Source of the DNA: Eledone cirrhosa
Lineage: Eukaryota
Assembly: GCA_964016885.1 (NCBI GenBank)
Contig: OZ024744.1
Coordinates: forward strand, 73,842,001 to 73,906,000
Direction: 5' to 3'
Length of the DNA stretch: 64,000 nucleotides
Both the position numbers and the translations under genes were made by a program. Of this stretch, positions 25,587 to 39,419 are shown in pieces (positions within the stretch are counted from its first letter, which is position 1; every line of letters begins with the position of its first letter). The notes below the pieces were generated by a model that worked only from the letters and a program-made list of their open reading frames with translations, did no database searches and was not told the DNA's origin.

Positions 25587-27491
25587 TGGCTGAAGCTTCT
25601 TCACCAACATTCGAAGGAGGAAAGGGGAAGATATGCTTACAGCTTGCCCCTGCCACTGTCATAGTAGCAGATGTCAAATACAAAGGTCAGGCAGAGGAAG
25701 GATTTTCTCCACCTGCTGACCGATAACTTGACGTTGCCATGGCAACAAACCAAAACAACACAACCAGCGGCACCAGCAACAACAATAACAACAATGCTAT
25801 GAACGAAAACACAATTTCACAAATGAATTCCGCAACCACAGATCAAGCAATTGAGAACTACAAAAACAACAACAACAACAACGACAACAATGACAACAAC
25901 AACAACAGCAACAATGATGACAACAACACCAACAGCAGCAACAATAATGACAACAACACCAACAAGAACAACTCCACAAACAAGGAAAAAAGGTCTCATT
26001 TGCACAAACTGTTCAAAATACAGAACTATATACACAGATTGACATCTCTAATGCCGGAGAATTGCTAAGAGATGCCAAGCAATACGTAACTTTTGGGGGG
26101 CATGGCGCTTTTAGTATCACTTCTCCCCAAGAATTGCGTAGAGACACTGTCCTGAAACCATAGTTTTTAGGACAATCTGAAATACCACCAGAAAACCAGC
26201 TCAATTAACTCAAAACGAAATTGATGGTTCTAAGAAACTCCATGAAGGACATTGCCTTCATACAGAAGGGTAAACTCATCGGGAGTTTATCAATAATAAT
26301 GAAAGACCAATTGACGGCACAGAAATATTCTGTGTCGCCAATTGTGTCCCCCTTCTACACCTTTTTCCCCCCACATACATGGGAAAAAGGACCCCAAAAA
26401 TAAAAATAACAAACAACACACCAAATGTAAACATCTGGTGGATAATAGCTGGTTTCATCAATTTTGATGAAGATACAGTAATTTCGGTAGGAAAGTCGTC
26501 CAGGGGCATATTCAGCGGTACAAGCTTAGAAGTTCTGGTCCAAATGAGACCAGAACGGATAGCTAGAATACCACAACGTGTGCCTCTGGATGGAAATTCC
26601 TACATAAACATTTCTGTTGAGGGTAGGCGGCCTTCATGTTACCACTGTTTAAGCAGTGGACATCTGAGGGCTTCCTGTCCTCAATTAACTGCAGTAAAAA
26701 AAAGCCACTACTGCCGACACCGAACACAACCACCACCACAACAACAACACACAAAAACAAACCAAACTGCAAACACAGTCCCACCCAACCCCTCCCCACC
26801 TAAAACAACTCCAGAAACACCCACACACATAACAGCTCCTCAAAATGTACCCCTCTCCAACAACACGGATGAGGCCTCATCATCGTCACCCAGTGACGAT
26901 GAGGGAGTGCCTTTCCGACTAGTAAAAAGAAAAAGGAAAAGACATAACACAAACAAAAATGCAACAAACACACAAACACCAATACAGCCGACGCAAACAG
27001 CACAAACAAAAACATCCCCTCCTGAAAACAAAACACCTACTACAAAACGTAAACACACACCAAGAATCACAGAAAAAAAGCAACACAACACAACAAAAAT
27101 GTTACACCTACATAAATACTAACAATAAAACTTTAACAGACACCATATATAAAAACCCTTCGGTGGAGACCGAAGGGAAAACTTTTACACACTCTGCAGA
27201 GAATCCTAATCTTAAAATGATTAGGATCTCCATGGACACATAAACAGTTAAAAGAAAAATTTCCTAACGACGTAGGTAACCCCTGCGTCAAACCCTATAA
27301 CCGCGTCTTTTTGAAATGTTTCCCCACCCCCACCCCATAAACTCCCACCAAAGACACCCCCACCCAACCTGGTGCCCCTCCCCACCAAACACCTCCGTCC
27401 CCACCCCGCCAGAGACCACCACGCCACCAAACAACCCCTCCAACACCCCATGGAAATTGTGCAGCCTGGTTCCCAGGAGACGAAGAGGTGA
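25587..27491 (+). pseudogene. Tx1 copy C ORF1, frameshifted
   Basis: Asn-rich N-terminus, SFAQTV, VEGRRPSCYHCLSSGHLRASC knuckle, P/T-rich tail. Confidence 0.8.
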
Positions 27492-27531
27492 GTGATTTCT
27501 TTTCCTCTTCTTTTAACTTTTTAGCACCAAC

Positions 27532-30500
27532 ATGGCCAATATAAGAGTTGGATGTGTGAATGTACGCGGCCTGGGGATGCCCTGGAAACAGGGCAAACTC
27601 TTAAACAACCTCAGGTCGCACAGTATGGATGTAGTAGCCATTTTCGAGTCCAGGATCCACAGCGAGCGACAACTGGCTCCCATCTTCGACGATTTTGAGA
27701 TCTACGCATCTCTCTGTCAGCCGGGATGTGGGGGTGGGGTTGTCATTTTGCTGCGGAAACACCTGGACCTCGTAACACAGACGGTACATCTGGACCCGGA
27801 TGGTCGACTGGTGGTCCTAGGCGTTGACGGTAGTGAACTTGGAGACTTCAAGCTGGTGGTCGCATATGCCCCATCCGGGACACCGCGACCAGACTTCTTC
27901 ATACGTCTAGAGAGTTTTCTGGGAACGTCCCGCTCCCTGCTGTTAGTGAGGGACTGGAATGGAATCCTAGATGCATGTTGGGACTATGTAGGAGCATGTC
28001 CCGATAAAAGGGAGGTGTAACAGCCTCAACAAGTTAATCGGCCGATTTGACCTGGCCGATAGATATCGACTAGATTTTCCTATGTGCCACTGTGGACGTG
28101 GACTAATCGTGGCGGAACATCTAGATCGTACCTAGATAGGGTTCTAGCTAGAAAGAAGGATAGGGACATGTTAAGCTGTCCACAAATGTTCATGGTTGCC
28201 TATTCAGATCACAAATTAGTGACCTGCTTAGTCAATCTTGACAAAACCCATAGACAGGGACCCGGCTACTGGAAGCTGAACTTACCGACATGCAAAGCCA
28301 ACAGTAGACGGATTAGCACTTTAGTTAAGCAGCACTTGACGGGGGCCATTGTCAACAACAGATGGTGGTACTCTCTCAAGAGGGCAGTTAGATTAGACTC
28401 GATAGGTTTTAGTAAAGAATTAGTATTAGATAGAAATAGAACCGAGAAGGAACTGGGAGATAAAGTAGAATAGGCACATAGGAGTGGCAACGTAGCAAGC
28501 GTGCTAGCGACGAGAACGGCCTTGGACCAGTTCTTCGAAGCAATGCATGAAGGCTGCGTTGTCGGAAGCAAAATACGTGCTCTGGGAAACAAGGGAGCCA
28601 AAGCTGTTAGCTGGGCCCGAGTGACGGAGGCAAAAAGTGACAACAAGTCCACGATTCGGTCTTTGAAGGACCAAGACGGACGAGTTTTACGTGAGCCGAA
28701 GCAAATGTGCGCGGCCTTTCAGCGGCACTTTGCTCAACTGTTCGGGCAGGGCGGTGCGGCGAGAGGGGCTATGGATTTCGCTTCATACCTCGACGGCCTA
28801 CCGCGACTCTCGGACAGCGAGGCGAAGTTCTGCAAAAGGCCGATTTCGGCCGCTGAGATAAGGGACGCGCTGAGCCAATGCGGCAAATGCAAATCTCCAG
28901 GTATCGACGGTCTACCCTACGAATTTTACGTAGCAATGCGGACTTGTTGTCCGGTTTCCTGGAAGCGGTCTACTGCACCTGGCAGCAGGACGGGAGAATT
29001 CCCAGTTCTGTGACCAAGGGCGTAATCACGTTAGTCAGGAAGGGCGAGAACGAGGGGGATGACATAGGCAACTTCCCGCCCATAACTCTGCTCAAAACAG
29101 AATTACAGATTTTGGCCAAGGTGTTGGCAAAAAGGCTGGCGCTTGTCGTCGAAAACCTGGTGGGAGAAGCGCAGACATGCGCAATCCCGACCAGGTCCAT
29201 ACACGACAACCTCCACTTCATGCGATACATCATAGAGAAGGTAAGGTGTAAACCCGGCTTCGGTGGGGCCCTGATCAACTTGGATCAGTCTAAGGCTTTC
29301 GATAGGGTTGACCAGGTTGATCTGGATTCGGTGCTCGAGGCGGAGGCTTCGGTCCCGTGTTCAGGAGCTGGATTGCTGCAATGCACAACAGCAACTTCTG
29401 CTCAAGGGTCAAGGTGAAAGGCTACCTCTCGGAGCCGTTCCATATCAGACGATCCATCCGATAGGGATGCCTTCTCTCCTCCATTCTGTACGTACTGACT
29501 CTCGAGCCACTACTGTGGAAGTTGGAACTATTGCAGGGCATCCCTTTGGAACCGGGACTGTGAAAACCGGCGTCAGCCTACGCCGACGACGTGCCAGTAA
29601 TTGTGTAGAGCACCTCGCAAATCGGGGTGATCGGCACCTTAGTGGAGGAATACGAAAGGTTCACAGGAGCGAAGCTGAACCGGGACAAATCCGTTGGTTT
29701 GCAACTCGGAACGTGGAGAGGCAAACCGATGCCTTCCGATGACGTCGTCGGATGCTGGACAGAAGGACCGGTAGAGCTGCTCGGGGTCTGGTTTGGTCCT
29801 GACCTCCAGGTGGAGAAGAACTGGAACGAGGTGACGGCCAAGGTGTTTGCGCTCACCCAGAAGTAAATGAGTGCAAACTCTCCTTGAAAGGTCGAGCCGA
29901 GGTGGCGAACACTTTTATAGCGTCCATCAGCTACTACCGCTTGACCGTCGTGCCTTGTCCAGCCAAAACGCTCACCAAAATGGAGCGCGCGCTCTTCCAA
30001 TTCCTTTCGAAGAAACGGGCTCCGTCGGTGAGAAGATCCATCTGCTGCCAACACCCTTCAAACGGAGGTCTAGGGATGCCGTGGCTGACGATGCGCAAAC
30101 ACACGCTCAGGCTGCGGCACCTCCACGTATTCCTCACCAGACAACCGGTGTGGGCCCCGTTCGTGAGGCGAGCCTTCCCACGACTCGTCTCGCTGACCGA
30201 GTTGCAGTCCAGGGTCAAGCAAAGACCGAGGAAAATGGCCGACTGGTACATCGAATTTGCTCAGGCGCTCACAGTCCTCTGGCAAACGGACCAGGCGATC
30301 AATGGAGACTCCACTTCGACATTCTGTAGAGGGTTGGTCCGCAGCAAGTGCGACGACACGCTCGGAGACACTCTAGGCGTAGAGGAGGACGAATTGGCCA
30401 GTCTGTTCGGTAGGACCTTCCGATCGGGACCAATTGACAACTTCCAAAAGTCCCTGGCCTGGCAGTGCTACTGAGGAGCTCTACAGACACGGGCGCCGAG

Positions 30501-30908
30501 ATGCGTTGGCGACGAGGAAACCGTCGCACACGCATTTGTACACTGCTCGGGCGTTACCGACCTGTGGGGCTATGCAGAACGACTATTGTCGCGGGTGGGA
30601 CCAATCCAGTTGACCACCGAGTCCATTGTCATGATCAAACCGCCACCCTCCTTCAAAAACGAGGGAGAGGCGGTTTTCCTATGTGTTATGGCTATGGTGA
30701 AAGAGGTTATATGGTGGACGAGGTTAAAAGGGCTGAGGTCAGACACCTTTCTCTCCGGCGGGCAACTGATTCGTTTTTTCAAATATCATTTTGGAAGAAG
30801 AATCAGGATGGAGAGAGAAGTGCTGTACCCCAGCAAATTTTATAAAAGGAGTGTGAAAGTGGCAAAGATGGCCCGAGTGTTGGGCCTTCTCTCTATATAA
30901 GCCTGTAG
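27532..30908 (+). pseudogene. Tx1 copy C ORF2 (APE-RT), disrupted
   Basis: MANIRVGCVNVRGL, AYAP, SYLDR, SDH, GPGYWKLN, LDQSKAFDRV, YADD, DNFQKSLAW. Confidence 0.95.
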
Positions 30909-31170
30909 GTTGAGGAAAAAGAGGAAGAGAGGAAGGGAGTACTCACTCCTGGAGATGAGGGTTGTACATTTGTTCGTGGTGTGTACAACCCCTGTGTAAC
31001 ACCTCCCCCCTATTGGGATTTCAATTGTTATTTGTTATTGTATTAATAGTTTTATTTTCATATACCTGTATGTAAACTCCCCATTTGTATTTGTCCCCTT
31101 CTTTTGTGCCTTTGAGGCTAATAGAGATATTTATCTATCTATCTATCTATATGCCAATCTATCTATCTCT

Positions 31171-33270
31171 TTCTTCGACGCGAAACACGAAGGCTTCATC
31201 GTCCGAAGCAAATTACGTGCTCTGGGAAACGAGGGGACCAAAGCTGTTAGCTGGGCCCGCGTGACAGAAGCCAAGAGAGGGAGCAGATCCACTATCCGGT
31301 CTTTGCGAGACCAGGACGGGTGATCCTTGAACCTAAGCAGATGTGCGAGGCTTTTCAAAAGTACTTTGCCGGATTGTTCGGAAGGGGCGGGGAGCCAGTT
31401 GGGGATGTGGACTTCGGTCCATACCTCGACGGACTGCCGCGTCTCTCGGACAGGGAGGCGAAGTCCTGCGAGGAGCCGATTTCAGCCGCTGAGATAGAGG
31501 ACGTGCTGAGCCAATGTGGCAAACACAAATCCCCGGGTTTCGATGGTCTTCCATACGAACTGTATCTAGCTATGCCGGACTTGTTCCGGACTTGTTGTAG
31601 GGCATCCCGTTGGAACCGGGATTGCCGAAAGCGGTGTCGGCCTACGCCGACGACGTAACAGTAATAGTGTCGACGGCCTCGGAAATCGGGGCGATCGGCA
31701 CCTTACTGGAGGAGTACGAAAGTTTTACAGGGGCTAAGCTGAACCGGGACAAGTCGATCGGTCTGCAACTCGACACGTGGAGTTGCAGATCGATGCCCTC
31801 CGATGGCGTCGTCGGGCTCTGGACGGAGGGCCCGCTGAAGTTGCTCGGGGTCTGGTTCGTACCAGACCTCCAGGTGGAGAAGAACTGGGGTGAGGTAACG
31901 AACAGGGTGTTTGCACTGACCCAGAAGTGGGCCGAGTGCAAACTGTCCCTGAAAGGTCGGGCGGAGGTGGCGAACACTTATATAGCGTCCGTCATCTAAT
32001 ACCGCTTGACCGTTGTGCATTGCCCAAGGGAAACGCTCGCCAAAATGGAGCACGCACTCTTCCAATTCCTTTGGAAGAAGCGGGCTCCTATGGTGAGGAG
32101 ATCCATCTGCTGTCAACACCCTTCGAAAGGAAGGCTGGGGATGCCGTGGCTAATGATACGTAAACACGCATTAAGGCTACGGCACCTCCAGGTATTCCTC
32201 ACTGGTCAACGGGTGTGGGCCCCGTTTGTGAGGCGAGACTTTCCTAGACTCGTCTCACTCACCGAGGTGCAACCCTGGGTCAAGCAAAGACCGAGAAAAC
32301 TGGGCGCCTGGCACACCGAGTGTGCCCAGGCGCTCACGGCTCTCTGGCAGGCGGACCCGGCTGTCAGTGGAGAATCCACCTCGTCATTCTATAGAGGGCT
32401 GGTGGTTAGCAGGTGCGACGACGCCCTCGGAGAAGCCCTAGGCATGGAGGAAGACGAACTGGACAACCTGTTCGGTAGGACATTCAGCCCGGGACCCATG
32501 GATAACTTCCAGAGGTCCCTGGCCTGGCTGTGCTACCGAGGGGCTCTGCCCGTTCGAGAAAGGCTCTACAGACACGGGCGCCCGGGAAGGGACCCCTCGA
32601 AAAAGATCTGTCCCAGATGCGTGTGTGACGAGGAAACCGTTGCACACGCTTTGGTACACTGCTCGGATTTGCCGATCTGTGGGGCTATGTCGAACAACTG
32701 CTGTCAAGGGTGGGACCGATCCGGTTGATCACCGAGTCTATTGTAACGATCAAGCCGCCTCTCCTCTTCAAAAACGAAGGAGAGGCGGTGTTTCTGTGCG
32801 TAATAGCCATGGCGAAAGAGGTTGTATGGTGGACGCGTGTGAAAGGACTGAGGTCAGACACCTTTCTCTCTCGCCAACAACTGGTCCGTTTCTTCCGATA
32901 TCATTTCGGAAGAAGGATCAGGATGGAGAGAGGGGTGCTGCACCCCAGCCGTTTTTATGAAAGATGGGTGAAAGTGGCGAGAATGGCCCGTGTGAATGGG
33001 CCTTTACTCTACATCAGACTATAGGTGAGGAAGATGAAAGACCAAGGGAGAACCCCCTCCCTGTGCTCCTGAGGAGAAGGGTTGCACACTTTTTTTCGGG
33101 GGATTTTTATTGAGGATTTTGTTACAAAATTTATTTTGTTATATTTTATTGTATTTTTATACTTTTATATCTTGTTATTGCCTCCTCCATATTGAGGACG
33201 CCTATGCATGTAAACTCCCCCCTTTGTACTTGTCCCACTTTTTATGCACTGGTGGCAAATAAAAAGAAAG
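31171..33270 (+). mobile_element. 5'-truncated Tx1 copy D with RT-core deletion at ~31590
   Basis: Starts at FFDAKHEG after (ATCT)n; jumps from MPDLF to GIPLEPGLPKAVSAYADD; ends aataaaaagaaagttatctatct. Confidence 0.92.
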
Positions 33271-33277
33271 TTATCTA

Positions 33278-33366
<89 letters not shown>

Positions 33367-33470
33367 AAGCTATCTTTATAAAACCATATTTATTTTGTTA
33401 TACATATCTCAATTGCATCAACATTTTGGTAGGCTCTCATCAGATAAAATACAAAGTTGGTTTATAGATA

Positions 33471-34429
33471 TCTTTCTTTATTTGCCACAGGGGCGGACAA
33501 AAATGGGACATGACAAGACGTGACGGCGGGGGCTTTACATAAAAATCATATAACTTTAACATTAATATATAACAATAAACTATATATAATAAAATAACAA
33601 TTGAAATCCCCAATGAGGGGGGGGGGTTAGTTACTGCAGGGTTGTTTTACACCGCGTGGGTAAAACAACCCTCAACACCAGGAACACGTTTTGTAGGCGT
33701 TCCTGTCTTCCCTCTGTTTATCTTCCTCAACCTAGAGATGGTCCATTCATTCGGACCATTTTCGCCACATTCACCCACCTTTCAGCGAATATACTGGGGT
33801 GTAGTACCTCTCTCTCCACTCTCACATTCCTTCTGAAGTGGTACTTAAAGAAGAGGATGAGTTGTTGTCGGGAGTGAAAAGTGTTTGCCCTCAGTCCTTT
33901 TAACCTCATCCACCATATTTCCTCTTTCGCTATAGCCACCAGACAGAGGAAAACCGCCTCTTCTTCATTCTTAAATGAAGGCGGCGGGTTGATCCTCACG
34001 ATGGATTCGGCTGACAACTGGATGCATCCCACGCGTGACAGTAGCTGTTCGACATAATTCCACAAGTCGGTCACCCCTTGAAACTGAACAATTGCGTGCA
34101 GAACGGTTTCGATGTCCTGCTCGCATCTTGGACAGGTCCTTTTGGCAGGATCTCTGCCAGTGCGTCCTTGCCTGTAGATTTTGTCTCGAACTGGTAGAGC
34201 TCCTCGGTAACACTGCCAGGCCAGAGACCTCTGGAAGTTATCCATATGCCCTGGACGGAAAGTCCTCCCGAACAGACTGGTCAGTTCGTCATCCTCGATG
34301 CCTAGATTTTCCCCGAGAACGTCGTCGCACTTATCCTCCACTAATCCTCTATAGAATGTCGAAGTGGAGTCTCCGCTGATTGCCATTTCCGCTTGGTAGA
34401 GGGCTGTGAGCGCCAGAAGGCACTCGAGG
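33471..34429 (-). mobile_element. 5'-truncated Tx1 copy E with 7-bp TSD
   Basis: ORF2 C-terminus (ORF 33727-34500 from LECLLAL); TSD atagata at 33464-33470 and 34430-34436. Confidence 0.92.
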
Positions 34430-35608
34430 ATAGATAGTGACATATTCAGGCAAGAACTTAATATTGTGAGTTCTATATGAATAGTGAAGAAGAACTTCAA
34501 ATCACAAGATGAATATGCTAATGAGGATAACGTTAAAACTGAAAAAGATTGTTATGTTTAGACGCTAGGTAAATTTAAATAATTATTAGGATTATTTTGT
34601 TTAATAAGAAAAGAAAATAGGGTTATTATTAGGGTGGATGAAAATTTAAGGAAAGATTTTAAGAAAAAAATATATATTAAAGCTACTAACAGAATATTTA
34701 TAGGAATGTACGTATATAATTGTTCGGAACGTATTTGCAAGGGTGTAGAGAGAATGAAATAATGATATTTATTTTTATTTTTTTAATTATTTAATTATAT
34801 ATTTTGGAAGTATTTATAATATAATGTGAATTATAAATAAATGTGTTAAAGTGAGAGAATATTAATTTAAAATATGAGAGGTATCTTGTATTTATATATA
34901 CAATTGGGTCTATTCTACTGGTGTGTTTTAATATTATGAAGATTGCAGTTATAGGTATATTTTATTATATTATAAGAGGTTAGTTGTATATATATAAATA
35001 GATTTGGTGAGTATATATATCATTTATTTAATAGACAAATAATTTTAGTTAGATATAGATACCTTTATATAAGAAGAGTTATGATATATTGGGCGAAGAT
35101 ATGTTTACATTTTCAATATATGGCTTAAGAATGTGGAAGTAATTCTATTTTAGTGTAGAAGATGTATATTATTTTGTATATTTTATAGTTGTATAAAGAT
35201 AGAAATAAATTTACGAAATTTTAATATTTATGTAAAGTTTAAATGTTACGTGAATATTAGATGTAAACATGTTTCTTTTCAAAAGAAAAGATAACTAATT
35301 ATTATTAGTTTACAGAGTTAAGTTTTAGTTATATTTATCGTTTAGTCTCAAATTTACTTTCAAATTATATTCTAATTGTAGTATATCGACAAATTATTTT
35401 ATATATGATTTTAGAGTATCATATATTACATATGTTTTAAGATAAAAATGTTATGTATATATTTTGATAACATTACTTATACCTATGTATAAATTTAATG
35501 ATACTAAATATGTATGTAGGCATTTAAAAGACCTATAAAGCATTTTAGTTCATCAAACATCAAACATAATGTCTGAATATATCACTATCTGTAAACCAAC
35601 TTTTGTAT

Positions 35609-35663
35609 TTTATCTGATGACAGCGTACCAACATTATGGTACCATTGAAATATATATAATAAA
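35609..35663 (+). ncRNA. Partly decayed type I hammerhead ribozyme
   Basis: UUUAU-CUGAUGA-cagcGUACCA-acauua-UGGUACcauu-GAAA-uauaua-UA^AUAAA. Confidence 0.5.
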
Positions 35664-35809
35664 TATGGTTTTATAAAGCTAGCTTCCATTTATTAATCTT
35701 ATTGATATTATACTCCAGAAAAATACTGTTGAGTGCTTCTAAATTAAATTTGTTGAATAATCAACAACGTAAATAACTCATTGCTTATATATATATATAT
35801 ATATAAATA

Positions 35810-36518
35810 TAATTTCGGCAGGGGCCAAAAACGCAATCTTCGAGATATGCGGCAAGCGCTCAATGGACTAAAAGAAGACCAGAACAATTAACATACGTTA
35901 TAAAGGCTGGATAAAATGAAAACAGGTCGTGAAGCCATCAGCGACCAGAGCCCCCCCCCCCTCCCGCCAAAAAAAAAAAACGAAGCAAACTAAACAGGTT
36001 AACAAAAGAATTTACCTGGACCTCCTGGAAAGTGTTGGTAAAATCCAGTGGGAAGTTTCTGTCACCACTAAATCAATTATACTGCCTGCTTCCGTTGTAA
36101 GCCTTTTGTATAACGATCGAACAAGGAGGCCATTTCGTCAACAGGTATTTTGTTCTCAGTCGGCTACCGGATTCCAATGCAGTAGTAGTGAAATGACTAC
36201 CCCACGTGTTTAGCCTGAGATGGAGGTACCCCGGATTTTAGCGGGTGCATTCAAAATGTGTAAATGTATTGCAAAAATTGCAAAAAACTGCACAAAGCGA
36301 AGTAATCTCTCGACCGGGTTGTTTTTAAATATACTTAAGCAATTAATCAGTCAAGAGAATTGTTTCATTGAATTAACTAATTAATTACTAGGCCCGGGAG
36401 ATTAATACATACATAATTTCACCGAGATCGTATTTCGGCGGGGGCCAAAATCAAAACGGAACGCAATCATCCAGATATGCGTCAAGCGCTCAATGGACTA
36501 AAAGAAGACCAGAGCAAT
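35810..36518. mobile_element. Non-coding element with ~80-bp terminal direct repeat (~630-bp period); inverted family member at 48115-48410
   Basis: atttcggc.ggggccaaaa...caagcgctcaatggactaaaagaagaccaga.caatta at both ends; flanked by (TA)n. Confidence 0.65.
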
Positions 36519-36535
36519 TATATATATATATATAT

Positions 36536-36584
<49 letters not shown>

Positions 36585-36634
36585 GAGAGAGAAATAGGAG
36601 GAGATAAAGAGAGACATAAATAGATAGATAGCTT

Positions 36635-36731
<97 letters not shown>

Positions 36732-36861
36732 ACCCTTTCCTCTATCAGATGATACATACATACAATCTGTAAGAGGTAAATCCCTCCATCTTTCAAAACG
36801 ACTCTACACTCTCCACAACCTCCACCACATTTCATTGTTCAGAACATCCCTGTCAGTAATA

Positions 36862-39405
36862 TATTTTCCTTCTTTTCTTTCTCTCTACACTACCCTCATT
36901 CTCTCACAGTCTATCTCAATATCCTTCTTTTCTTTCTCTCTACACCACCTTCATTCTATCACAGTCTATCTCTATTTCCTTCTTTTCTTTCTCTCTACAC
37001 CACTCTCATTCTATCACAGTCTATCTCTATTTCCTTCTTTTCTTTCTCTCTACACCACTCTCATTCTCTCACAGTCTATCTCTATTACCTTCTTTTCTTT
37101 CTCTCTACACCACTTTCATTCTCTCACAGTCTATCTCTATTTCCTTCTTTTCTTTCTCTCTACACCACCTTCATTCTCTCACAGTCTATCTATATTTCCT
37201 TCTTTTCTTTCTCTTACACCACTCTCATTCTCTCACAGTCTATCTCTATTTCCTTCTTTTCTTTCTCTCTACACCACCCTCATTCTCTCACAGTCTATCT
37301 CTATTTCTTTCTTTTCTTTCTCTCTACACCACTCTCAATCTCTCACAGTCTATCTATATTTACTTCTTTTCTTTCTCTCTACACCACTCTCAATCTCTCA
37401 CAGTCTATCTATATTTCCTTCTTTTCTTTCTCTCTACACCACCTTCCTTCTATCACAGTCTATCTATATTTCCTTCTTTTCTTTCTCTCTACACCACTCT
37501 CATTCTTTCATAATCTATCTCTATTTCCTTCTTTTCTTTCTCTCTACACCACTCTCATTCTCTCACAGTCTATCTCTATTTCCTTCTTTTCTTTCTCTCT
37601 ACACCACTCTCATTCTATCACAGTCTATCTCTATTTCCTTCTTTTCTTTCTCTCTACACCACTCTCATTCTCTCACAGTCTATCTCTATTTCCTTCTTTT
37701 CTTTCTCTCTACACCACTCTCATTCTATTACAGTCTATCTCTATTTCCTTCTTTTCTTTCTCTCTACACCACTCTCATTCTATCACAGTCTATCTCTATT
37801 TCCTTCTTTTCTTTCTCTCTACACCACTCTCATTCTATCACAGTCTATATTTCCTTCTTTTCTTTCTCTCTACACCACACTCATTCTATCACAGTCTATC
37901 TCTATTTCCTTCTTTTCTTTCTCTCTACACCACTCTCATTCTATCACAGTCTATCTCTATTTCCTTCTTTTCTTTCTCTCTACACCACTCTCATTCTATC
38001 ACAGTCTATCTATATTTCCTTCTTTTCTTTCTCTCTACACCACTCTCAATCTCTCACAGTCTATCTATATTTCCTTCTTTTCTTTCTCTCTACACCACTC
38101 TCATTCTATCACAGTCTATCTCTATTTCCTTCTTTTCTTTCTCTCTACACCACTCTCATTCTATCACAGTCTATCTCTATTTCCTTCTTTTCTTTCTCTC
38201 TACACCACCTTCATTCTATCACAGTCTATCTCTATTTCCTTCTTTTCTTTCTCTCTACACCACTCTCATTCTATCACAGTCTATCTCTATTTCCTTCTTT
38301 TCTTTCTCTCTACACCACTCTCATTCTCTCACAGTCTATCTCTATTTCCTTCTTTTCTTTCTCTCTACACCACTTTCATTCTCTCACAGTCTATCTCTAT
38401 TTCCTTCTTTTCTTTCTCTCTACACCACCTTCATTCTCTCACAGTCTATCTATATTTCCTTCTTTTCTTTCTCTCTACACCACTCTCATTCTCTCACAGT
38501 CTATCTCTATTTCCTTCTTTTCTTTCTCTTACACCACTCTCATTCTCTCACAGTCTATCTCTATTTCCTTCTTTTCTTTCTCTCTACACCACTCTCAATC
38601 TCTCACAGTCTATCTATATTTCCTTCTTTTCTTTCTCTCTACACCACTCTCATTCTTTCATAATCTATCTCTATTTCTTTCTTTTCTTTCTCTCTACACC
38701 ACTCTCATTCTCTCACAGTCTATCTATGTTTCCTTCTTTTCTTTCTCTCTACACCACTCTCATTCTACCACAGTCTATCTCTATTTCTTTCTTTTCTTTC
38801 TCTCTACACCACTCTCATTCTCTCACAGTCTATCTCTATTTCCTTCTTTTCTTTCTCTCTACACCACTCTCATTCTACCACAGTCTATCTCTATTTCTTT
38901 CTTTTCTTTCTCTCTACACCACTCTCATTCTACCACAGTCTATCTCTATTTCCTTCTTTTCTTTCTCTCTACACCACTCTCATTCTACCACAGTCTATCT
39001 CTATTTCCTTCTTTTCTTTCTCTCTACACCACTCTCATTCTATCACAGTCTATCTCTATTTCCTTCTTTCTTTCTCTCTACACCACTCTCATTCTATCAC
39101 AGTCTATCTCCATTTCCTTCTTTTCTTTCTCTCTACACCACCTTCATTCTATCACAGTCTATCTCTATTTCCTTCTTTTCTTTCTCTCTACACCACTCTC
39201 ATTCTATCACAGTCTATCTCTATTTCCTTCTTTTCTTTCTCTCTACACGACCTTCATTCTATCACAGTCTATCTATATTTCCTTCTTTTCTTTCTCTCTA
39301 CACCACCTTCATTCTATCACAGTCTATCTATATTTCCTTCTTTTCTTTCTCTCTACACCACCTTCATTCTATCACAGTCTATCTATATTTTCGTTCTTTT
39401 CTTTC
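36862..39405. repeat. 55-bp pyrimidine-rich minisatellite, ~46 copies
   Basis: Unit cagtctatctctatttccttcttttctttctctctacaccactctcattctatca. Confidence 0.97.
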
Positions 39406-39419
39406 TCCTCACTGTTCAA

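Larger units (their letters stand above)
25376..31130 (+). mobile_element. Near full-length L1/Tx1-clade element, copy C
   Basis: ORF1 plus ORF2; preceded by (CTAT)n and followed by (ATCT)n. Confidence 0.95.
33364..35689. mobile_element. Penelope-like element remnant with inverted pLTR arms
   Basis: 33364-33470 plus 34430-34450 is the reverse complement of ~35573-35689; both arms carry CUGAUGA; internal minus-strand peptide QLYTYIP...LVAL...IITLFSFLIKQN resembles the PLE RT LYTNIP region. Confidence 0.65.

Noticed and set aside
34450-35575. Mitochondrial insertion (NUMT) suggested by AT richness and strand skew
   Set aside because: No recognisable mitochondrial gene or tRNA; the LYTxIP remnant and flanking hammerhead arms favour a Penelope remnant. 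Not fully excluded
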